In this document: one piece after another, positions 18,939 to 27,397 of the stretch
Numbering within the stretch: position 1 is the first letter of the stretch
Layout of the letters: every line of letters starts with the position of its first letter
Assembly: GCA_016207605.1 (NCBI GenBank)
Contig: JACQPJ010000035.1
Span: forward strand, 11,345-75,344
Origin: Elusimicrobiota bacterium
GTDB lineage: Bacteria; Elusimicrobiota; Elusimicrobia; UBA1565; UBA9628
Length of the DNA stretch: 64,000 bases
Direction of reading: 5' to 3'
Program-made: the position numbers and the translations under genes
The notes under the pieces: model-generated
Seen by the model: only the letters and a program-made list of their open reading frames with translations
Told to the model about the DNA's origin: nothing
Databases searched by the model: none

Positions 18939-19617
18939 GGTCGAGCTCCCCGAGCCGGTCCGCGACCATCCTCAGGATGCCGTCCTTGAGCGCCTCGTGG
19001 GTGTGGGAGTAGGGGTCAAGGTGCGCGACCCGGTCGGCGAGCTCATCCTCGCCCAGGTCCCGCTCGAACCAGAGGGAGAAGTCGTTGACCCCCAGGGGCG
19101 GCCGCAGGCGCGCCTCGAAGACATGCAGGTAGAGGCTGGCGACGCTCACTTTGCGCAGGAGGTCGTGGAATTCCCGCAGGTCCCGGGCCTCGTAGGGTGT
19201 CGGCAGGGAGAAGCGGATGGAGCGCTGGAAGTGGAACTCCTCCCCGGGCGGGGCGGTCCGCGGCACGGGGCGCGCCTTGAGGTGGTCCTCCAGGACGGCG
19301 GTCAGAGCCTGCCGCAGCTCCCCGATCGTGCCGTAGCGGACGGTGTCGATGGCGCTCAGGCGCTCGCCCGCGAGCTCGTCCTGCAGGGCCGAGACGGCCC
19401 AGCCCGCGAAGTCGTTGGCCGGCTCGGGGACGAGGAACTGGAACTGCTGGATGAAGCGGTGGGTGTGGGTGTAGAGGACGGAGTCCGGGACGACCTTGAT
19501 CCCCTCCAGGAGTTCGCGCAGGTCCGCGGCCCTGACTCCCGCGGCCGCCGTCAGGCTGAGCCGGGTGAAGAAGCGGAACGGCTTCTTGGCGAGAGGGAGG
19601 GCCATGGGAGCCTGCAT
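18931..19617 (-). CDS. Conserved hypothetical protein coupled to treT
   Basis: 228-aa ORF. Its 3' end overlaps the treT start by 8 nt and its 5' end overlaps the otsB 3' end. No catalytic motif recognised. Confidence 0.5.
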   Translation of the reverse strand: MQAPMALPLAKKPFRFFTRLSLTAAAGVRAADLRELLEGIKVVPDSVLYTHTHRFIQQFQFLVPEPANDFAGWAVSALQDELAGERLSAIDTVRYGTIGELRQALTAVLEDHLKARPVPRTAPPGEEFHFQRSIRFSLPTPYEARDLREFHDLLRKVSVASLYLHVFEARLRPPLGVNDFSLWFERDLGEDELADRVAHLDPYSHTHEALKDGILRMVADRLGELDRG

Positions 19618-20375
19618 AAGAATTGTAGCAGACAGTCAACGTCCCGCCGGCCTTTGAGCAGGAACCGCGCGGCGGTGCGGGAGGCCGGGCCGACCCGAAC
19701 CGTCACGGCGCGGCGCCCCAGCGCAAGAAAGCCTTCCTCGTCGGTGCGATCGTCGCCCACGAACAGGAGCCGCCCGCCCGGGCGGGCCAGGCGCGCGATC
19801 TTGAGCAAGGCATGGCCCTTGTTCCAGCGCGCCTTGGGCCGCGCCTCCCAGGTCTTCTTGCCCGCCGCCAGCCGCAGGCTCCGGGCGAAGGGGCGCAGGG
19901 CGCGCGTCACGGCCGCGTGGAGGGCGGGCTCCAGGCGGGGGGCCATGCCGCGGTAGTGGACGCTCAGCGTCGGGCCCTTGTTCTCCACGTGGGTTCTCGG
20001 GAAGTCCCGCAGTGGGCGCTCGAGGCGCCGCGCCAGGGCCCGCACGTCGGCCGCGGCGGCCCGCGTCCGGGGATGGCGCCAGCAGAAACCGGGGCCGAGG
20101 ATTTGCAGGCCGTGGTTTCCCGCGTAGTGGACGCCCTTGAGACCGACGAGCCTCCTCACGTCGGCGAGGCCGCGGCCGCTGACGATGGCCAGCCGCACCC
20201 GCGGGCGACGCGCCAGGCGGGCGAGCAGGCGGCGGGTCTTGGCCGGCAGGCGCGCCAGGGACGGATGGGGGGCCAAGGGGGCAAGCGTACCGTCGAAGTC
20301 CAGTCCGACGACCAGCCCCCGCGGATCGGAGCGTCCGCGCTTGATCTCGCGCTCCAGCTGGCGCCAGCCCTTCAT
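19551..20375 (-). CDS. otsB: Trehalose-6-phosphate phosphatase (HAD family)
   Basis: VGLDFDGTLAP (HAD motif I), IVSGR (motif II) and FVGDDRTDEEGF (motif IV). Start chosen at MKGWRQLE. Confidence 0.8.
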   Translation of the reverse strand: MKGWRQLEREIKRGRSDPRGLVVGLDFDGTLAPLAPHPSLARLPAKTRRLLARLARRPRVRLAIVSGRGLADVRRLVGLKGVHYAGNHGLQILGPGFCWRHPRTRAAAADVRALARRLERPLRDFPRTHVENKGPTLSVHYRGMAPRLEPALHAAVTRALRPFARSLRLAAGKKTWEARPKARWNKGHALLKIARLARPGGRLLFVGDDRTDEEGFLALGRRAVTVRVGPASRTAARFLLKGRRDVDCLLQFLCRLPWPSLSPRSRSASSPGSA

Positions 20376-20385
20376 GGCCGCGTCC

Positions 20386-21111
20386 TCACCGGAACGCCGC
20401 GTCCGCGGCGACGGGCAGATGGTCGGAGGCAAAGCGCGCCGCCTTGGGCCGCGTCCGCGGCGAGGGGGCGAGATGCACGTCCCCACGGGCGTAGACGGCG
20501 TCCAAGGCGCGCAGGGGCGCCACGGCCGGGAAGGTGGGCCGGCGGCGCGGCAGGCCGCGGAAGCCGGCCGGCTCCAGGATCGCGCGGCCCAGGGTCCCCC
20601 AGACGTCGTTGAAGTCGCCGCCCAGCAGGATCGGGGTGCGGGCGTGCAGGCCGGCGAAAGGATGGCTGGCCAGGAAGCGCCGCAGCTGGATGCGGCGCTC
20701 GATGCCGGAGAGGCCCAGGTGGAGGTTGTAGACGTGCAGGGTCCGCACGCGGCCGGGGGACAGGCGCAGGCGCAGGCGCGCGTGGAGCGCGCCGCGCCGC
20801 TTCTTCCAGGAGACGGTGAGGTCGATGCGGCTGGCGCCCGCGATGGGGTGGCGGCTCAAGACGGCGTTGCCGTAGCGGCCGCCGCCCCGGCAGGCCGCCT
20901 CGGGGACGAAGACGCGGTGCCGGTAGCCGAGCAGGTCCCCCAGGAGGGCGACCTGGTCGCTCTGGCCCTCGCGCGGCCCGCCGACCACGGCCTCCTGGAG
21001 AAGCGCGACGTCGGGGTCGTAGTGGGCGATGGCCTCGGCCACGCGCGAGGGGGAGAGCCGGCGGTCCACGCCGCCGACGCACTTATGGACGTTGTAGCTC
21101 AGGACCCGCAT
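20386..21111 (-). CDS. Endonuclease/exonuclease/phosphatase (EEP) family protein
   Basis: MRVLSYNVHKC..., DVALLQEA, GGDFND and SDHLPV are typical EEP motifs. Confidence 0.75.
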   Translation of the reverse strand: MRVLSYNVHKCVGGVDRRLSPSRVAEAIAHYDPDVALLQEAVVGGPREGQSDQVALLGDLLGYRHRVFVPEAACRGGGRYGNAVLSRHPIAGASRIDLTVSWKKRRGALHARLRLRLSPGRVRTLHVYNLHLGLSGIERRIQLRRFLASHPFAGLHARTPILLGGDFNDVWGTLGRAILEPAGFRGLPRRRPTFPAVAPLRALDAVYARGDVHLAPSPRTRPKAARFASDHLPVAADAAFR

Positions 21112-22432
21112 GGGGGAAGAAGCGCTCATGCAGGGCGCGCACGGCGGCCTCGACGGCGTCGTCATCCACGACGAAGGCCACGTTGTTCTTCGAGGCGCCC
21201 TGCGAGATCATGCGCACGTTGACTCCGGCCGCGCCCACGGCCGCGAAGACGTCGGCGGCCACGCCGGGCCGCGACTGGATGCCGTCGCCGACGGCGCAGA
21301 TCACGGCCTGGCCGCGCTCGACGTCCACCGCGAACTCGGGGGCCAGCTCGGCGGCGAGGCGCTCGACGTGGCGCTCGCTGCCGGTCGTCGCGGAGACGGA
21401 GACCTCGGAGGTGGCCACCATGTCCACGTCGATCTCGTGGCGCGCGAAGGCCGCGAAGATTCGGGCCAGGAAGCCCGGGCCGGAGATCATGCGCGGGCTC
21501 GATGCGCTCACGATGAGCTGATGGCGCTTGAAGGCGATGGACTTGAGGATCCCGCCGCCCGCGGACTTGGCGGGGTGCGCCAGGATGCGCGTGCCCGGGT
21601 GCTCCGGCTTGAAGGTGTTGAGCACGCGCACGGGGATGTCCTTGCGCATCGCGGGGACCAGCGTGTGCGGGTGCAGGACCTTGCCGCCGTAGTAGGCGAG
21701 CTCGCAGGCCTCGGCGAAACTCAGCACCTCCAAGGGGCGGGCCGCGGGCACCAGGCGCGGGTCAGCGGTCATGATCCCGTCCGTGTCGGACCATATCTCG
21801 ATCTCCTCGGCGCTCAGCGCCGCGCCCAGGATGGTCGCGGAGTAGTCGCTGCCGTTGCGGCCCAGCGTGGTGATCTCGCCCGCCCGGGTGCGGCCGACGT
21901 AGCCCGTGACGACCGGGAGCTCCCGGATCGCGGCGAAGGCGCGGCGCAGTTCCTCGTCGGCCTCCGGAAGGGGCGCGGCGCCGCCGAAGCGGTCGTCGGT
22001 GACGAGGCCCGCCGCGAAGGCGTCCACGGCCCGCGCCGGCATGCCCGCCTTGCAGAAGGCGGCCGCGATCAGGCGCGCCGAGAGGCGCTCGCCGAAGCTG
22101 GCGGCCCGGTCCAGCGTGCGCGGCGTAAGCTCCTGGAGGAGGGCGATGCCGCGCGCCAGCGCGCGCAGCTCCTCAAAGAGCGGCTCCAGGGGCTTGGCGT
22201 CGACTCCCAGCTCCCCGGCGGTCCTGCGGTGACGCTCCGCCAGCGGGTCCAGGCGCGAGAGGTTTCCGTCCAGCGCCTCGCGCGCCAGCGCGAGCAGGTC
22301 GTCGGTGACCCCGCGCAAGGCCGAGACCACGACCAGGGGCCGGCGCGCCAGCCGCCCGCGCACGATCCCGGTCACGCGCGCGATGCGGCCCGCGTCCGCC
22401 ACGCTCGAACCGCCGAACTTCATCACGATCAT
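21083..22432 (-). CDS. lysC: Aspartate kinase
   Basis: MIVMKFGGSSVAD, VVVSALRGVTD, GRNGSDYSA and C-terminal ACT repeats (AVICAVGDG, VRMISQGAS). Confidence 0.9.
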   Translation of the reverse strand: MIVMKFGGSSVADAGRIARVTGIVRGRLARRPLVVVSALRGVTDDLLALAREALDGNLSRLDPLAERHRRTAGELGVDAKPLEPLFEELRALARGIALLQELTPRTLDRAASFGERLSARLIAAAFCKAGMPARAVDAFAAGLVTDDRFGGAAPLPEADEELRRAFAAIRELPVVTGYVGRTRAGEITTLGRNGSDYSATILGAALSAEEIEIWSDTDGIMTADPRLVPAARPLEVLSFAEACELAYYGGKVLHPHTLVPAMRKDIPVRVLNTFKPEHPGTRILAHPAKSAGGGILKSIAFKRHQLIVSASSPRMISGPGFLARIFAAFARHEIDVDMVATSEVSVSATTGSERHVERLAAELAPEFAVDVERGQAVICAVGDGIQSRPGVAADVFAAVGAAGVNVRMISQGASKNNVAFVVDDDAVEAAVRALHERFFPHAGPELQRP

Positions 22433-22446
22433 ATCGCTGGGGTCCT

Positions 22447-22520
22447 GGAAACACAAAACCCCCGGGCTTGACTCGCCCGAGGGCCGGTCCCGACATTTCT
22501 CGTTACGGGTTCGAAAGCGT
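22447..22520 (-). promoter_or_regulatory. Conserved leader/sRNA-like element ending in an intrinsic terminator (copy 1, upstream of lysC)
   Basis: Minus-strand reading: TCGAACCCGTAACGAGAAATGTCGGGACCGGCC (22514..22482), then a 9-bp hairpin (22483..22459), then GTTTTGTGTTTCC. A TATAAT box lies just upstream. The 33-nt block is identical to 38040..38072. Confidence 0.45.
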
Positions 22521-22565
22521 CGAAGGGATTATAGCGCATTCCCGCGCGGGGCGCAAGAGAATTCT

Positions 22566-23096
22566 TCAGTAGACCGAGTTCCAGTCCCGCGTGGTCACGC
22601 GGAACTCGACGCGGCGGTTCTTGGCGCGGCCCGCGTCCGTCTCGTTGTCGGCGATCGGGGCCGACTCCCCGAATCCCTTGAAGAACATGGTGGGAGGGGG
22701 GACGCCTCTTTTGGCCAGATAGGTCTTCACGGACTTGGCTCGCCTCTCCGAGAGGTCCAGGTTGTAGGCGTCCGTCCCGACGGCGTCGGCGTGCGCGCGG
22801 ATGAAGAGCTTGAGGCGGTCGTCGCTGCGCAGGATCAGGGCGATCTGGTCGAGGGTGGGGTAGGACTCCGGGAGGATCGCGTCCTTGTCGAACTCGAACC
22901 GGATCTGGGGCAGTTCGCCGCGATCGACCTTCTCCTGGACGGCCCTCAGCGCCTCCTGCGCCTGCCGCTGCGCGGCGGAGTCGGAGAGGCGCGGGAAGCG
23001 CCGCAGGTCGTTGTCGACCAGCACGGCCTGACGCGGCCCCCCGCAGGCGCAGGCGCCCGCGGCCAGCCCGACGAGAAGGAGCCGTCGCATCGGCAT
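22566..23096 (-). CDS. OmpA-family peptidoglycan-associated lipoprotein (Pal-like)
   Basis: Lipoprotein signal MPMRRLLLVGLAAGACAC. OmpA_C motifs: FEFDKDAILPES, IRAHADAVGTDAYNLDLSERRA, NRRVEF. Confidence 0.85.
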   Translation of the reverse strand: MPMRRLLLVGLAAGACACGGPRQAVLVDNDLRRFPRLSDSAAQRQAQEALRAVQEKVDRGELPQIRFEFDKDAILPESYPTLDQIALILRSDDRLKLFIRAHADAVGTDAYNLDLSERRAKSVKTYLAKRGVPPPTMFFKGFGESAPIADNETDAGRAKNRRVEFRVTTRDWNSVY

Positions 23097-23178
23097 GATT
23101 GTAGCCCGTCCGGCGCCCGCGCGCAAGCCCGCTGCGCGCGTCAAGTCCTCGGGGCGGCGCGTAAGGGGTTGCCTCTAA

Positions 23179-23769
23179 ATGCGACAATGCCTGATGAGAT
23201 TTCTTCCCGCCGCGAGCATGTGCCTGCTGGCCTTGGCGGCGCCCGGCGGCGCCGCGGCGTATGACGGCGGCGACGCTTCGGGCGCGGGCGCGCACGGCGC
23301 CACCTCCATCGGCCCCCGGGCCGTTTTCTACCGCCCGACCGACGCCGATCGCGGCGTTTGGGCTCCGGGGGCGCAGCTCCGTCTGCACCTGACGCCCGCC
23401 TACGTCCTCGAGGGGTCGGTGGACTTTCCCCGCTACGCGTCCAGCGGCGCGGCCGTGCGCGCGACCGTCATCCAGACGACGCTGGTCGGCTATTTCTACC
23501 CGGAGACGACCTCCTCGCCTTACCTGCTCATTGGCGGGGGCTGGTATCCGGTCCGCGCGGACGCCCGCTACGTCAACCCGTACCGCCGCTTCGGCCCGCA
23601 CGTCGGCGCCGGGCTGGAGCTGATCCTGGGCGGCAGCCTCTCTCTCGACGGCTCCTACCGCTACCTGTGGACCCAGGACGTCGGCTGGTCGAAGCTCGGC
23701 CACCTTTTCGGCCGCGATTACGCCAAGAGGGGATTCATGTACACCCTCAGCCTCAACTACCGCCTTTAA
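23179..23769 (+). CDS. Putative outer-membrane beta-barrel protein
   Basis: Signal peptide, alternating hydrophobic beta-strand pattern, and a C-terminal aromatic-rich FMYTLSLNYRL. Confidence 0.5.
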   Translation: MRQCLMRFLPAASMCLLALAAPGGAAAYDGGDASGAGAHGATSIGPRAVFYRPTDADRGVWAPGAQLRLHLTPAYVLEGSVDFPRYASSGAAVRATVIQTTLVGYFYPETTSSPYLLIGGGWYPVRADARYVNPYRRFGPHVGAGLELILGGSLSLDGSYRYLWTQDVGWSKLGHLFGRDYAKRGFMYTLSLNYRL

Positions 23770-23776
23770 GTTTCGA

Positions 23777-23977
23777 TCAGCGGGCGGCGGCCGGCGCCGA
23801 CGTCGCGGCCGGCAGAGGGCACATCTTGCCGCCGAGGCAGCCGCGGCCGATGGCGAAGCCGATCCCGCCGCCGATGAGCAGCAGCGCCGCCGCCTTGACC
23901 GCCTTGCAGGCGCAGCAGCCGCAGCGTAGCCCGCAGCCGCCCTTGCCGCACGTCCCGTCGTCTTTCTTGTCTTCCAT
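23777..23977 (-). CDS. Small cysteine/glycine-rich membrane protein (hypothetical)
   Basis: 66 aa. CGKGGCGLRCGCCAC, then the hydrophobic AAALLLIGGGIGFAIG, then CLGGKMC. Coding status uncertain. Confidence 0.35.
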   Translation of the reverse strand: MEDKKDDGTCGKGGCGLRCGCCACKAVKAAALLLIGGGIGFAIGRGCLGGKMCPLPAATSAPAAAR

Positions 23978-24065
23978 GAGATTGTCTCCTTGAGGGCGTC
24001 CGTTAAAAACATGATATCAGTTCTCCGGTGCGCTGTGCGGCGGGAAGTGATAGGATTGCGCCCGC

Positions 24066-24824
24066 ATGATCCGGCTCGAGGGCGCGTCGGTCGAGTTTCC
24101 CGGAGGGGTGCGCGCCCTGGACGGCGTGAGCCTGGAGTTCGCCCACGGGCAGACCACCTGCCTGGTCGGCGCCAGCGGCTCGGGCAAGAGCACGCTCCTG
24201 CGCCTGGTCAACCGCCTGGTCGAGCCCACGGCCGGCCGCGTGCTCTTGGACGGCCGCGACGCGCGCTCCCTCGACCCGATCGCGCTGCGCCGCGGGATGG
24301 GCTACGCGATGCAGCGGGGCGGCCTCCTGCCGCACCTGACCGTGACGCAGAACGCGGAGCTGGTGCCGCGCCTGCTGGGCTGGCCCCCGCGCCGGGCCGC
24401 CGAGGCCGCCGCGCGCACGCTCAGCCTGGTCCGCCTCGACCCCGTGCGCTACGGCCCGCGCCGCCCCGGGACGCTCTCCGGCGGCGAGCGCGAGCGCGCC
24501 TCCATCGCCCGCGCGCTGGCCGCCGACCCCGCGGTGCTGCTGCTCGACGAGCCGCTTGGCGCCCTGGACCAGCATCTGCGCGAGACCCTGCAGGACGAGC
24601 TGCGCGACCTCTTCGCCCGCCTGGGCAAGACCGTCGTGTGCGTGACCCACGACATGCACGTGGCCGTGGGCCTGGCCCACCGCGTCGCGGTGCTCTCCGG
24701 CGGCCGCCTGGCCCAGTTCGGCACGCCGCGCCAGGTGGTGCGCGAGCCGGCCGACGAGCGCGTGCTCGCCCTGCTCGGCCGCCGGCGCGAGGCCCTGCTC
24801 CGCGAGGCGGGGGAGGGCGCGTGA
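24066..24824 (+). CDS. ABC transporter ATP-binding protein, osmoprotectant (OpuB/OpuC-type) importer
   Basis: Walker A GASGSGKST, signature LSGGERERASIARAL, Walker B LLLDEP. Confidence 0.9.
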   Translation: MIRLEGASVEFPGGVRALDGVSLEFAHGQTTCLVGASGSGKSTLLRLVNRLVEPTAGRVLLDGRDARSLDPIALRRGMGYAMQRGGLLPHLTVTQNAELVPRLLGWPPRRAAEAAARTLSLVRLDPVRYGPRRPGTLSGGERERASIARALAADPAVLLLDEPLGALDQHLRETLQDELRDLFARLGKTVVCVTHDMHVAVGLAHRVAVLSGGRLAQFGTPRQVVREPADERVLALLGRRREALLREAGEGA

Positions 24825-25453
24825 TCGCCTACTTCCTGGCCAACCGGGCCGAGATCGGCGCCCTGACCCTCCAGCACCTGGGCCTCTCCGGCGCGGCCCT
24901 GGGCCTGGCCGTCCTGGCCGGCTTTCCCCTGGGCGTCCTGCTCACGCGCCGCCGCCGCCTGGCGCCGTGGGTCCTGGGCGGCGCCGCCGCGGTCCAGACC
25001 ATCCCCAGCGTGGCCCTGCTCGGCCTCCTCCTGCTCCTGCCCGCGGTGGGGGGCATCGGCGCGCGTCCCGCGGTGACCGCTCTTTTTCTATACTCCCTGA
25101 TGACCGTGGTGGAGAGCGTGTACGCGGGCGTCGTCTCGGTGGACCCGGCCCTGGTGGACGCGGGGCGCGGCCTGGGCATGACCGAGCGGCAGATCCTGCG
25201 CCTCGTCGAGCTGCCGCTGGCCCTGCCCGTCCTGGTCTCCGGCCTGCGCATGTCGGCCGTCCTCTGCCTGGGCACGGCGACCGCGGCGTCCTACATCGGC
25301 GCGGGCGGCCTGGGCGATCTGATTTTTCGCGGCGTGGGCCGCGGCAACCCGTACATGGTCGCCTGGGGCGCCCTGCCCGCCACGCTGATGGCCGTCGGCG
25401 TCCACCTGGCCCTCGTCGCCTGGGAGCGCCGCCTGGCGCGGGAAGTCCGGTGA
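24821..25453 (+). CDS. ABC transporter permease (OpuBB/OpuCB-type)
   Basis: GTGA overlap with the ATPase gene. 210-aa polytopic protein with an EAA-like loop DPALVDAGRGLGMTERQILRLVELPLALP. Confidence 0.85.
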   Translation: MIAYFLANRAEIGALTLQHLGLSGAALGLAVLAGFPLGVLLTRRRRLAPWVLGGAAAVQTIPSVALLGLLLLLPAVGGIGARPAVTALFLYSLMTVVESVYAGVVSVDPALVDAGRGLGMTERQILRLVELPLALPVLVSGLRMSAVLCLGTATAASYIGAGGLGDLIFRGVGRGNPYMVAWGALPATLMAVGVHLALVAWERRLAREVR

Positions 25454-26334
25454 GGCGCCTGGCCGCCGCCGCCCTGCTGGCCCTGGCCGCCTGCGGCCGC
25501 CCCGCCGCGCCCCTGCGCGTCGGCTCCAAGCCCTTCACCGAGTCCGAGATCGTCGGCGAGCTCGTCGCCCAGCTCGCCGAGGCCGACGGCGCCAAGGTCG
25601 AGCGCCGCTTCTTTTTGGGCGGCACCGTCTGCTTCGAGGCTCTAAAGACCGGCGACTTGGACGTTTATGTGGAATACACCGGCACCGGCCTGGTCAACCT
25701 CCTGCAGGAGCCCCCGAATCCCGACCCCGCCGCCGTCTACGCCCGCGTCCAGACGGAGTTCGCGCGCCGCTGGGGCCTGACCTGGGGCCCGCCGCTGGGC
25801 TTCGACAACACCTACGCTTTGGTCGTGCGCGGCGCCGACGCCAGCCAGTCCGGCCTCTCTCGGATCTCCGACCTGCGCCGCCTGGGCCCCGCCTTCTCCT
25901 GCGCCTTCGACCTGGAGTTCGCCGACCGCCCCGACGGCTGGAAGGGCTTGAAGTCCGCCTACGCCCTGGACTCCTGCCGCCGCGTCCGCCAGATGAACCC
26001 CGGCCTCCTCTACGACGCCCTGGCCCGCGGCCAGGCCGACCTCATCAGCGGCTACTCCACCGACGGCCGCATCAAGACCCTCGGCCTGCGCGCGCTGGCC
26101 GACGATCGCCGCTTCTTCCCGCCCTACCAGGCCGCCCCGCTCCTGGGCTCCAAGGCCTTCGCCAAGGCCCCCGGCCTGCGCGCCCGCCTCGAAGCGCTGG
26201 CCGGCAAGATCTCCGACGACGATATGCGCGCCATGAACGCCGCCGTGGACTCCGACAAGCGCTCCGCCCGCGACGTCGCCCGCGACTTCCTCCAGCGCAA
26301 AGGCCTCCTGCAGCGCAAAGGCCTCCTGAACTAA
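25450..26334 (+). CDS. Osmoprotectant (glycine betaine/choline family) substrate-binding lipoprotein
   Basis: GTGA overlap with the permease gene. Lipobox LLALAAC. VGSKPFTESEIVGELV and DVYVEYTGTGL are typical of OpuBC/OpuCC. Confidence 0.85.
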   Translation: MRRLAAAALLALAACGRPAAPLRVGSKPFTESEIVGELVAQLAEADGAKVERRFFLGGTVCFEALKTGDLDVYVEYTGTGLVNLLQEPPNPDPAAVYARVQTEFARRWGLTWGPPLGFDNTYALVVRGADASQSGLSRISDLRRLGPAFSCAFDLEFADRPDGWKGLKSAYALDSCRRVRQMNPGLLYDALARGQADLISGYSTDGRIKTLGLRALADDRRFFPPYQAAPLLGSKAFAKAPGLRARLEALAGKISDDDMRAMNAAVDSDKRSARDVARDFLQRKGLLQRKGLLN

Positions 26335-26339
26335 AGTCC

Positions 26340-26537
26340 TTACGGGCCCCAGTGCTCGACGGGCGGCTGGGGCTCGAACTGGGGGCAAGGCTCGCGGTAG
26401 ATGAGGCCGTAGGATAGCCGTTGGCGCTTGCGGGTGCAGTAATAGTAGCTGCCGCGCTTCAGGTCCAACGTCAGGTCGAAGCACCGGCAGTCGATGCAGT
26501 GCGGGATCGCCATCGCGTGCCTCCGTTGCGTCATCAT
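26340..26537 (-). CDS. Small cysteine-rich protein translationally coupled to porB (hypothetical)
   Basis: 65 aa. CIDCRC...C...C pattern. ATGATGA overlap with the porB stop. Confidence 0.4.
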   Translation of the reverse strand: MMTQRRHAMAIPHCIDCRCFDLTLDLKRGSYYYCTRKRQRLSYGLIYREPCPQFEPQPPVEHWGP

Positions 26538-27397
26538 GCCGCCCAGGCCTCCCAGCGCCGCTCGACGTCCTGCTGGATCGCCCGGCGCTGGTCCGGCGTC
26601 AGCTTCTTGAAGCGCCCTTGCGGAGCGAGGAACTCCTCCACGGGCTTGAGCTTGGCCGGGCGCATGTTCAGGCGCAAGCGCTCGTCTTCCACCTCGTAGA
26701 GGGGGAATATTCCCGTCTGCACGGCCAGGCGCGAGAGCGAGACGGTCTCCCCGGGGTCGTATTTCCAGCCCGGGGGGCAGGGCGAGAGCACGTGGATGAA
26801 CCGGAAACCCTTGATCGCGCGCGCCTTCTGGAACTTGCGCACCATGTCCTCGCTGAAGGCGGGCGTGGCCGTCGCGAAATAGGCGGGGCGGTGCGCCCGG
26901 ACGATCGCGCCGATGTCTTTGGGCGGCCTTTGGCTGCCTGGCGCGTCGGGCGTGGTCATGGTCCAAGCGCCCCGCGGCGTGGCGCCGCTGCGCTGGATCC
27001 CGGTATTCATGTAGGCCTCGTTGTCGTAGCAGGCGTAGAGGATGTCCTCTCCGCGGTCCGCCGCCCCCGACCAGGCCTGCAGGCCGATGTCGTAGGTGCT
27101 GCCGTCGCCGGCCCAGACCATGACCTGGGTCTCGAGGTCGCCTTTCTGGACCAGCGCTTGCTTGACGCCCGTCGCCGTGGCCGCGGCGGCGGCGAACGGG
27201 CTGTGCAGAAGCGGCACGCCCACCGAACTGCGGGGCGCGGAGCCCGCGATGACCGTCCAGCAGCAGGCGGGCACGACCAGGATCGTCTTGGGTCCCAGGC
27301 CCTTGAGGGCGTAGCGCATCGCGATGGTCGCGCCGCAGCCCTGGCAGGCCTGATGGCCCGGGCGGAGCAGTTCCTCGGCGGGGATGGAGGGTTTCAC
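26534..27397 (-). CDS. porB: 2-oxoacid (pyruvate):ferredoxin oxidoreductase beta subunit (TPP-binding)
   Basis: GHQACQGCG, VWAGDGSTYDIG and CYDNEAYMNTG. GTGA overlap with porA. Confidence 0.85.
   Translation of the reverse strand: MKPSIPAEELLRPGHQACQGCGATIAMRYALKGLGPKTILVVPACCWTVIAGSAPRSSVGVPLLHSPFAAAAATATGVKQALVQKGDLETQVMVWAGDGSTYDIGLQAWSGAADRGEDILYACYDNEAYMNTGIQRSGATPRGAWTMTTPDAPGSQRPPKDIGAIVRAHRPAYFATATPAFSEDMVRKFQKARAIKGFRFIHVLSPCPPGWKYDPGETVSLSRLAVQTGIFPLYEVEDERLRLNMRPAKLKPVEEFLAPQGRFKKLTPDQRRAIQQDVERRWEAWAA

Noticed and set aside
22482-22514. tRNA-like or tmRNA-like fragment, because of GGTTCGAACCC
   Set aside because: No complementary T-stem or acceptor stem can be drawn, and the flanks do not fold into a cloverleaf.
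22433-22565. Lysine (L-box) riboswitch upstream of lysC
   Set aside because: The available leader is only about 80-90 nt, well short of the much larger multi-helix L-box aptamer. I see none of its conserved helices, and the same motif also precedes an unrelated operon.
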